Assembly (NCBI RefSeq): GCF_006345805.1
Contig: NW_021826940.1
Span: 1 to 11,438 of the forward strand
Origin: Octopus sinensis
Lineage: Eukaryota
DNA: 11,438 nucleotides
Reading direction: 5' to 3'
In this document: one piece after another, positions 1-7,882 of the stretch
How the letters are laid out: each line of letters begins with the position of its first letter
How positions within the stretch are numbered: position 1 is the stretch's first letter
The notes under the pieces: model-generated
Told to the model about the DNA's origin: nothing
The model's input: the letters and a program-made list of their open reading frames with translations, nothing else
Database searches by the model: none
Made by a program: the position numbers and the translations under genes

Positions 1-324
1 CATCGATTCTATTATATCCTGTAAAGGTGATACGGTAAAATGTTCAATTATAGCCATCCGTCTTTCCCAATACATGTTCGTCTATAATTATATAGAAGTG
101 AGTGGGAAACGGTATCTGTGACCTTTTAAAAACAGCAGCGGCAGAAACAGCAGCAACAGGGGCTGTAGTAGTAGTAGTAGAAATGGTAGTGGTGGTGGAA
201 ACAGCAGGAGCAGTACTGTCAAAGAGAAGAAGAAGAGAGAGTGAGAAGGGTATGTCTTTTAATTAAAAAAAATTTGGTTGTTTCTGGCTTCAGGCAAAAA
301 GATATCGACAACAACAACGAAAAC

Positions 325-355
<31 letters not shown>

Positions 356-363
356 TAGTAGTA

Positions 364-444
<81 letters not shown>
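325..444. repeat. (AGT)n microsatellite with internal (GCA)n block
   Basis: Direct reading; explains the poly-S/V/Y/T ORFs at 241-522 and 259-447. Confidence 0.97.
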
Positions 445-467
445 CATATGGTTACAATGACAACGGC

Positions 468-557
468 AATAACAACAACAACAACAATAATAATGATAAT
501 AATAATAATAATAATAAAATAATAATACTAGTAATAATCATAATAATAATAATAATG

Positions 558-594
<37 letters not shown>

Positions 595-802
595 TAATAT
601 AATAATAATAATAATGATAATAATAATAATAATATAATAATAATAATGATAATAATATAATAATAATAATCTAATAATATCCTAATAATAATAATTAATA
701 ATAATAATATAATAATAATAATTATAATAATAATAATATAATAATAATAATAATATAGATGATAATAATAATATCCATAATAATAATAATAATATAAATA
801 AT
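468..802. repeat. (AAC)n grading into long imperfect (AAT)n microsatellite
   Basis: Direct reading; many 1-nt interruptions (AATATAAT, GAT). Confidence 0.97.
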
Positions 803-1360
803 AGAAGCTGGACGTGTTTTTCGCTGCTCTGACCAACCCAGCGTGACACGGAAAAACTGGAAGATCTACTGTTTTCTGTGAGTTATTTGAATTTCCTCAG
901 TAAGCTAAGGAACTTATATATCTAGCTTTGCACATACAAGCGAACATATAACAAAGAATTTAGAATCATAAATATCTCCAATTTTGTGTGAACAGTCTGC
1001 CGTCCCTTCTTTGCCTTTATTGTAACAACACAATTAATGCACGATAAAAAAAACTATGGAAGTAAGCGTATACCAATATATATACACCTGCACAACTACA
1101 AAAAACTGTAAACCACAGCATAACTTTTAACTTTTAAAAGAAAAGAAAAATTTTTCTGAGCATTCGAAAATGTAAACATTCTTCCCTTTGCAAAAATCTT
1201 TTTTTTTTTTTTTGCAAACACAATTGAACACACCCCCACCCCCAAATATATGGCACACTAGGCATAACAACAACATGAACTTCCAACCCTGTTGGCTCTT
1301 GAGGTCTCTGGGTGAGACTGGAGCCAACTTGTACAAATATAAAGCAAAAGTCAAACATAG
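803..1360 (+). mobile_element. (AAT)n-flanked non-coding element ending in an R4/Dong-type LINE 3' tail (putative non-autonomous element)
   Basis: 1234-1360 matches the LINE 3' end at 2912-3039 with 3 differences (2 substitutions, 1 indel) and is followed by (AAT)n; 803-1226 is not alignable to the LINE copy and starts right after (AAT)n. Confidence 0.6.
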
Positions 1361-1423
1361 AATAATAATAATAATATAATTATAATATAATAATAATAAT
1401 AATAATAAAATAATAATAATAAT
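1361..1423. repeat. (AAT)n tract between two retroelements
   Basis: Direct reading. Confidence 0.95.
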
Positions 1424-2822
1424 GATAACAACTCAAGGGCTTACTAGCGATAGTCAAACAATCAGTGACGACATCAGAATGCAATTCGGCCTCGATAAAT
1501 GTGCAAAGCTACCTTTATCAAAGAAAAAATGACAGAAACATCTAACGTTAAACCTTGACCAACAGAATGTCATAAAAGAACTAGACCCAGCGGAGAGCTA
1601 CAAGTACCTAGGGATAATTGAAGGGAACGGAATAAGGCATTCAGAGATGAAGGAAAGGATCAGGAGAGAATGCTATCGAAGAGTGAGAGCAATACTCAAG
1701 ACAGAGCTGAATGCAAAACCAGGATCGAAGCAATCAATGCATTAGCTATACCAGTCGTGACTTACAGTTTCAATGTTGTTAACTGGTCAATTACTGAAAT
1801 ATGTCAGCTCGACAGAAAAATAAGGAAACTGTTGACAATGCATAGAATGCACACCACCCTAAGGCAGATACAGAACGACTCTATCTGCCAAGAAAAGAGG
1901 GAGGCCGTGGTCTTTTGCAACTGGCATAACAATGAAGATTGCTACAATTGGCCTAGACACCTACCTGAAAAACTTGAGAATGGATGCTAAAACTTGTCTC
2001 AAAACATGAAAACAAGAAAGCATCATACTCAGTCACAAAACAGGCAAAGGAATATCTAAGTGAATCGAATACAACCAATTTCGGAATTAGAGAGAGCGAA
2101 TAATGCAGATATCGACAAAGCCCTGACCCATCAATGGCTAATGGCCTCTGGCTTAAAATCTGAAACAGAGGGGTTTATCATAGCAGCTCAAGATCAATGC
2201 CTACCAACAAGAAACTACCGGCCAACATATTAGATCAGAACAGCAGTCCAACGTGTCGTGTATGCAAGCAACCAAAATGAAACCATTGACCATGTGGTCT
2301 CCCAAGTGCAGTCTTCTAGCGCCTACAGAGTATCTCAACAGGCACGATAGAGCTGCACAATATATTCACTGGGTAATCTGTAAAAACCTGGATTTGCCCC
2401 ATGAAAAAACTGGTGGGAACACAAACCACCCCCAGTGCTTGAAAATGACCACATCTCACTCCTCTGGAACTTCACCATTCAAACTGACAGGAGAGATAGA
2501 TGCAAATAGGCCAGACATCATATTGAAAAAACTTCAACAAAGAACATGCCTCCTCATTGATATGACTGTCCCAATCGATATAAAACGTATCTTCTCAAGA
2601 CCTACCAAAAACTGAGTCAAATATAAAGATCTTGAAATAGAAATCAGCAAAATGTGGAAGCTGAAGACTAAACATACCTGTTGTCATAGGTGCCCTGGGA
2701 ATGATAGCAAAAGGGGCTGATAGCTACCTAACTGAGATACCAGAAACCCCAAAATGGCAGAAGTTCAAAAGATAGTGCTCATGGGAACTGCTCATACCTA
2801 CGGCAAAATACTCTCTATGTAA
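1424..2822 (+). pseudogene. Disrupted RT / zinc knuckle / restriction-like endonuclease ORF
   Basis: Manual frame-joined reading: ...SDDIRMQFGLDKCAK...YKYLG...AINALAIPVVTYSF...RLYLPRKEGGRGL...WLMASGLKSETEGFIIAAQDQCLPTRNY; CRVC..ETIDH..C (2254-2309); RHDR; RPDII..LIDMTVP (from 2508); KYKDLEIE; IPVVIGALG; GTAH..KILSM*. It begins where sequence just downstream of the YMDD motif is expected; YMDD itself is absent. Confidence 0.9.
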
Positions 2823-3039
2823 TCTCAAGTTAAACAAACATAAATTTTCGGTTAAAAAAAAAAAAAAAAAAAACCTTTTTTTTTCTTTTTAGACATTCAT
2901 TAGTACAACATCCCCACCCCCAAATATATGGCACACTAGGCATAACAACAACATGAACTTCCAACCCTGTTGTCTCTTGAGGTCTCTGGGTGAGACTTGG
3001 AGCCAACTGGTACAAATATAAAGCAAAAGTCAAACATAG
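1424..3039 (+). mobile_element. 5'-truncated R4/Dong-clade non-LTR retrotransposon (RLE type)
   Basis: Frameshifted ORF with RT C-terminal motifs, CCHC and RLE; stop TAA at 2820-2822; 3' UTR 2823-3039; (AAT)n at both ends. Confidence 0.92.
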
Positions 3040-3099
3040 AATAATAATATAATAATGATAATAATAATAATATATAATAATAAGAATAATAATATAATG

Positions 3100-3172
<73 letters not shown>

Positions 3173-3229
3173 TAATAGTAATAATAATAATAATAATAAT
3201 GATAATAATAATAATAATAATGATAATAA
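3040..3229. repeat. (AAT)n tract at LINE 3' end
   Basis: Direct reading; explains poly-I/L/N ORFs. Confidence 0.97.
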
Positions 3230-3373
3230 AAGCAGTTTCAGTGACAACAACTGCAATTGCAGTTGCAGCTATAACAACAACAACAACAACAACAACAACA
3301 ACGGCAGTTGCATTGAAATGCTGTAAGGGCAAGTGCAGAAGGAGTAACAGCAACTGCGGCAGCAACAACAACA

Positions 3374-3469
3374 ATGACAACGACAACCACAATAGCAACA
3401 GCAACATCAGTAACGACCAAACTACATCTGCAGCAACAGCGGGAACACTGCAGGAAAAAAAAAATGGCA

Positions 3470-3501
<32 letters not shown>

Positions 3502-3548
3502 AACTGCTACTGCTACTAGTGTTGCTGCTGATGCTACCACTACTACTG

Positions 3549-3585
<37 letters not shown>

Positions 3586-4183
3586 AGCCACTACTACTAC
3601 TACTACTACTACTACAGCTACTACTACCACAGCCACTACTACCACAGCCACTACTACCACAGCCACGACTACCACAGCCGCGACTACTGCTACTACTACA
3701 CGTGTTGCTGCTGATGCTACTACTACTACTACTACTACTAGTACTACAACTGCTTCTAGTGTTGCTGCTGATATTACTACTACTACTACTACTACAAGTG
3801 TTGCTGCTGATGCTACTACTACTACTGCTACTACTACTACTACTACTGCTAAAAGGATCCCAACTACCACTACAACTACTACCACTACTACTACTACCAT
3901 CACCACTACTACCACTACTACTACTACTACAATGGACCAAGCAACAGCTATGTACTACAACAGTGAACCAACAGCTGCTAACGCTATCCCTACTACTACT
4001 CTCTCCACTAAGACTGCAACTACTACTACTACTACTACCACCACAACTTCTAGTATAACCACATCTGCTATTCCAACGGTTACCATCTCTAGAACTGCGA
4101 CTACCACGACTACCACCACCACCACCACCACCACCACTACTGCATTCCATAGATGCCTGCAGCTATCCGTGTTCTTGATCTAA
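3374..4183 (+). other. Thr-rich low-complexity ORF / cryptic (ACT)n-(ACC)n satellite; possible mucin-like exon
   Basis: 269-aa open frame of mostly ACN codons, with four in-frame (S/R)VAAD(A/I) motifs (3518, 3701, 3758, 3797) and 15-bp ACCACAGCCACTACT units (3626-3685). No signal peptide, clear splice sites or recognisable domain. Confidence 0.3.
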
Positions 4184-4508
4184 CAGAAGATTCCTTATTA
4201 ATTCCAATTCCATTTTGGTTTTATTTGCCAAAATACCTTCTTCTTGTTGAAAGTCTTCGAATGCAAACGAAGAAAGGAAACAGCGTTAACTCTTTTAGAC
4301 ACTGCAGCACAGCAAGCAGCAAAGGAATACGCGACCGAGTTTCTTCTGGTCCCAACCATCCAACCAACCAGCATCTTTATCAACCAGTTCCATCGAGGAA
4401 GTTTCATAGACGGATGTAATGCTTCCGACTTGTCACTAAATATTGTTAAACATTTATTGTTAACGAATACGAGAGTTGATACTTTGAGTAAAGAAAACAC
4501 AAAAGCAC

Positions 4509-4535
4509 ATATATATATAAAAACACATATATATA

Positions 4536-4571
<36 letters not shown>

Positions 4572-4645
4572 TGTATGTATGTATATATATATATATTATA
4601 ATAATATCTATATATCTATATATATATATATATATAATATATATA
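4509..4645. repeat. (TA)n/(TATG)n microsatellite
   Basis: Direct reading. Confidence 0.96.
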
Positions 4646-4901
4646 TATACAATAATATGTTACATTACTCGGTAGTCAAGATAAAACTCTGAGTTCAGAT
4701 GCCGAAGTGGAATCCACACCCATCTCTTCGGTTAGCCAGATAACCGAAGAGATGGTGTTGTGGATTTCCACTTCGGCATCTGAAACTCAGAGTTTTATCT
4801 TGACTACCGACTAATGTAACATATTATTGTATAGATAAATTTCCTCTATTTACAGAATATTGAGGTCTCTTTCTTTCTTTTGTTATCTTACCGTTTTATC
4901 A

Positions 4902-4902
<1 letters not shown>
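4646..4902. mobile_element. Palindromic (fold-back) element with asymmetric unique tail, inserted in (TA)n
   Basis: Arms 4646-4734 and 4741-4833 are reverse complements except for 1 mismatch and 4 nt of indels; 6-nt loop GCCAGA; unpaired tail 4834-4902; (TA)n on both sides. Confidence 0.75.
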
Positions 4903-4966
<64 letters not shown>

Positions 4967-4970
4967 ATAT
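4903..4970. repeat. (TA)n microsatellite
   Basis: Direct reading. Confidence 0.96.
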
Positions 4971-5129
4971 AGGCGCAGGAGTGGCTTGTGTAAGAAGCTT
5001 GCTTACTAACCACATGGTTCTGGGTTCAGTCCCACGACGTAACACCTTGGGCAACTGTCTTCTACTATAGCCTCGGACCCACCAAAGCCTTGTGAATGGA
5101 TTTGGTAGACGGAAACTGAAAGAAGCCCA

Positions 5130-5184
<55 letters not shown>

Positions 5185-5196
5185 CTTGTGTGTCCC
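4971..5196 (+). mobile_element. SINE family A, 5' half (tRNA-like head, body, (GT)n), 3'-truncated
   Basis: Aligns to copies at 6453-6846, 8219-8596 and 9834-10207; A-box-like GTGGCT.TG and B-box-like GGGTTCAGTCCC; stops at TGTCCC. Confidence 0.9.
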
Positions 5197-5522
5197 TGAA
5201 GAAAGGTTGTTTCAGGATGATGAACGAAACACCCATGTCTCCAGATGTGAATTGTTTAAATCCCCAGAGAATTCCTCTCAACACATGGCTATGATTCTCC
5301 CCCACTACTTCTGCTCGTGATCAGAAATGCACATATCGTCAGCCACTAAGGGACATGCTCAGCTAGTTAAGGTCAAACAACTGACAAGCAAATCTGTGGT
5401 ATTGAGCAGAATATTTGCTGTAGCCCATCTTTTATATAAAAACAAACATGTACATGTTAAAACTCCCAATCAGTTATGGTTAGAAGCTATGGGAGCTAAT
5501 GCCTGGTATTGCATCAGGGCGT
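5192..5522 (-). mobile_element. Non-coding element starting immediately after (AAT)n on the minus strand
   Basis: Sharp boundary at the (ATT)n tract (5523) and complex sequence with no convincing ORF; resembles an abundant AAT-flanked octopus repeat I recall (unverified). Confidence 0.5.
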
Positions 5523-5543
5523 TATTTATTATTATTATTATTA

Positions 5544-5598
<55 letters not shown>
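5523..5598. repeat. (ATT)n tract
   Basis: Direct reading. Confidence 0.96.
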
Positions 5599-5601
<3 letters not shown>

Positions 5602-6100
5602 TAGTATATTTTTTATATCGTGCTTTCACTTCACTACCGAGCACAGCTCTGTGTGCCTTGGGTATGTGCTGTGATTTGTTGTGATGCTCTGATGGTTATT
5701 GTATGGAAAGTGTTCTGCGTAGGATGTGTGCAGTGCCTAGTAGTGCAATTTTCTGTATGTTATATGTGTTTGTAAGTCCTGGTGTTTTTGTTATGTATTT
5801 GTCTGAACATTTTTTTTATCATGCCTAATGCACCTACTATGAATGGAATTGTTTCTGTTTTTAGATTCCACATTCTGGTTACCTCTATTTCTAGGTCTTT
5901 GTATTTTGAAAGTTTCTCCATTTCTTTTAGAGACACGTTGTCATCCGCTGGTATTGATACATCAATTTGAAAACATTTTTTCTCTTCATGATCTCTGACA
6001 ACTATATCTGGTCTGTTGGCTTTAATTTCTCTATCTGTGTGTATTGGCATATCCCAGAGTATGGTTGCTTTCTCGTTTTCTGTGACCTTTTCTGTGACCT
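5599..6100 (-). mobile_element. Second R4/Dong-type subfamily, 5'-truncated (RLE C-terminus + 3' UTR)
   Basis: Minus strand: EKVTENEKATILWDMPIHTDREIKANRPDIVVRD..CFQIDVSIPADDNVSLKEMEKLSKYKDLEIE..IPFIVGALG, then after one frameshift ..IQKIALLGTAHILRRTLSIQ* (stop 5696-5698). 3' UTR to 5599; (AAT)n on both sides (5523-5598, 6101-6117). Confidence 0.92.
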
Positions 6101-6117
6101 TATTATTATTATTATTA

Positions 6118-6187
6118 GTTTCTCTTCTTTCAATTTTGTTTCCATTTCTTGCCGTGTGTCTTCCCGACTCCTAGGGCAAAGAAACTC
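6118..6187 (-). mobile_element. Probable third R4/Dong-type 3' tail
   Basis: Minus strand: nested stem-loop (6145-6184), then a 27-nt A-rich spacer, then (AAT)n; same layout as 1291-1360 but different sequence. Confidence 0.5.
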
Positions 6188-6225
6188 ACTGTATACATTG
6201 ATGGGCCATTAAACTAAACACAGCA

Positions 6226-6431
6226 AGGCGGCGAGCTGGCAGAAACGTTAGCACGAAATGCTTAGCGGTATTTCGTCAGTCTTTACGTTCCGAGTTTAAA
6301 TTCTGTCGAGGTCGACTTTGGCTTTCATGCTTTCGGGGTCGATAAATTAAGTACCAGTTGCGTACTGGGGTCGATCTAAACGTCTGGCCCCCTCCCGAAA
6401 AATTTCGGGCCTTGTGCCAAGAGTAGAAAAG
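6226..6431 (+). mobile_element. SINE family B monomer (tRNA-like head, Nin/Deu-like central domain) with 18-bp TSD
   Basis: Head AGGCGGCGAGCTGGCAGAAACG; CTTTCAT.CTTTCGGGGTCGATAAATTAAGTACC core; direct repeat ATTAAACTAAACACAGCA at 6208-6225 and 6432-6449. Confidence 0.92.
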
Positions 6432-6452
6432 ATTAAACTAAACACAGCAGAT

Positions 6453-6846
6453 TACTCTCTTTTTACTCGTTTCAGTCATTTGACTGTAGCTATGCTGGAG
6501 CACCGCCTTTAGTCGAGCAAATCGACCCCAGGACTTATTCTTTGTAAGCCTAGTACTTATTCTAGCGGTCTCTTTTGCCGAACCGCTAAGTTACGGGTAC
6601 GTAAACACACCAGCATCGGTTGTCAAGCGATGCTGTGGGGACAAACACACTCAAATATACACACACACATATACATATATATACGACGGGCTTCTTTCAG
6701 TTTCCGTCTACCAAATCCACTCACAAGGCTTTGGACGACTCGAGGCTATAGCAGAAGACACTTGCCTAAGGTGCCACGCAGTGGGACTGAAACCAGAACC
6801 ATGTGGTTGGTAGCCAAGCTACTTACCACACAGCCACTCCTGCGCC
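6453..6846 (-). mobile_element. SINE family A, full length
   Basis: Head GGCGCAGGAGTGGCTGTGTGGTAAG (6846 downward), internal (CA)/(TA) tract, tail ..GACTGAAACGAGTAAAAAGAGAG. Confidence 0.93.
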
Positions 6847-6956
6847 TGGCTACTTGCCACATTTTCAAAATGAAACGAAGTTATATGGAGAAAAAAAATT
6901 AAATACATGGGTGGTAATCGTTCTGGCAAAGTTGGGATGTCAACTTTGTATCGAAC

Positions 6957-7125
6957 AGGCAAAATCGTTAGTGTGTCGAACAAAATGCTTAGCGACATCT
7001 CTTCCAGTTATTTGTGTTCTCAGTTCAAACGCTGCCGAGGTCGAATTTTCTTTTCATCCTTTCGAGATCGATAAAATAAAGTGGCAGTGAAGTACTCGGT
7101 GTCGATCAAATCGACGAAACCCCTC
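6957..7125 (+). mobile_element. Diverged SINE family B copy
   Basis: AATGCTTAGC, GTTCTCAGTTCAAA, GCCGAGGTCGA and TTTCATCCTTTCGAGATCGATAAAATAA align to family B. Confidence 0.75.
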
Positions 7126-7270
7126 TTCGCGCCTTCGCCAATAACTGAGTGAAATATTAAAGCAAAATATCGTAGCATAATAAAAATGTATCCGATATCA
7201 AAGAAACCTGAAAGAAGATGTCCTCGCTAAATCGCAAAGAATCCGTCCGTATGATAGATAAGTGGTAGCA

Positions 7271-7316
7271 GTTTGGTTTTTTAGTTTGGTTTTTGTTTTG
7301 TTTTGTTTTGTTTTTT
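7271..7316. repeat. (GTTTT)n simple repeat
   Basis: Direct reading. Confidence 0.85.
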
Positions 7317-7591
7317 CAACTAAACAAACAGTTTGAATTCACCTATAAGCGATTTTATCAATCAACTTGATCAATATAAAACAGAAATCAATACATTGCC
7401 TTCAGCAAAAGAATTAGTAAAATTCTCGAGAGGAATATGGACAGCGAAGGAATAATGGTGGTCGAAGTTGTTTCAGAAACAACAACAAAAGCATCGCGCG
7501 AAGGATTGTGGGAAGGTGAAAGACAATAATAATTCTATACACTTCACACGCTCGCGCGCGCATTCTCGTGTATGCGAAAAGACGGACAACT

Positions 7592-7882
7592 GCGAGGTCG
7601 GCCGGTTGATTTTCGTTTCAATGCAGATCCAGTAGCTCTGAAGTTGGTAACCCATAACAAGATCCGTGTTTCGAGCTGGTACGGGATCATGTCTACCAAG
7701 ATTGAAGTGCAAACGGAACGCTCTTTGTGTTGCAGTTACAGAATCGTTTGTTTTGATAAACGTTTCCACAATGAAAGCGCGATGCTCACCAAGTCCAATT
7801 CATGGCAGCAACTGAAAAAGAAACGAAAAACAATGCCTTTTATTTAACCTACAAATGTGTCAGATCATTTTGCCTGACCCTG
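7592..7882 (-). mobile_element. Tc1/mariner-superfamily remnant: left TIR plus N-terminal HTH (DUF4817-like) of transposase
   Basis: Minus strand TA|CAGGGTCAGGCAAAATGATCTGACAC (TA at 7883-7884). From ATG 7803, removing two 1-nt insertions: MNWTGEHRAFIVETFIKTNDSVTATQRAFRLHFNLGRHDPVPARNTILLWVTNFRATGSALKRKSTGRPR (GRPR is typical between the HTH motifs). No DDD domain or second TIR seen. Confidence 0.82.

Noticed and set aside
241-836. Poly-V/I/Y/T ORFs, and similar ones at 2936-3915 and 5499-5684
   Set aside because: They are translations of (AGT)n, (AAT)n and (ACT)n repeats, with no independent coding signal.
803-900. HDV-like ribozyme at the element 5' end
   Set aside because: A hairpin is possible (CGTGT..CGCTG / CAGCG..ACACG), but I could not fit the P1/P1.1/P3 nested pseudoknot.
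1131-1157. Short perfect palindromes CTTTTAAAAG and AGAAAAATTTTTCT
   Set aside because: Expected by chance in A/T-run-rich sequence.
1234-3039. Direct repeats (1234-1360, 2912-3039) flanking an RT region, resembling LTRs
   Set aside because: No TG..CA ends, PBS or PPT; the ORF is a non-LTR RLE type, and the repeat is its 3' UTR ending in (AAT)n.
4646-4902. Hammerhead ribozyme in the palindromic element
   Set aside because: No CUGAnGA..GAAA core in the correct stem arrangement was found by eye on either strand; an Infernal search would be decisive.
6226-6320. tRNA genes at SINE heads (also 4971, 6846, 9834, 11062)
   Set aside because: Only A/B-box-like motifs; no cloverleaf or terminator, and they run into SINE bodies.
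6226-6449. SINE A or B as partners of the R4/Dong LINEs in this window
   Set aside because: No 3' tail similarity; opposite repeat polarity (ATT vs AAT) and long TSDs for B.
7473-7660. C-terminal part of the listed ORF 7473-7769
   Set aside because: Out of frame after a 1-nt insertion near 7666; transposase similarity continues in another frame and ends at 7592.
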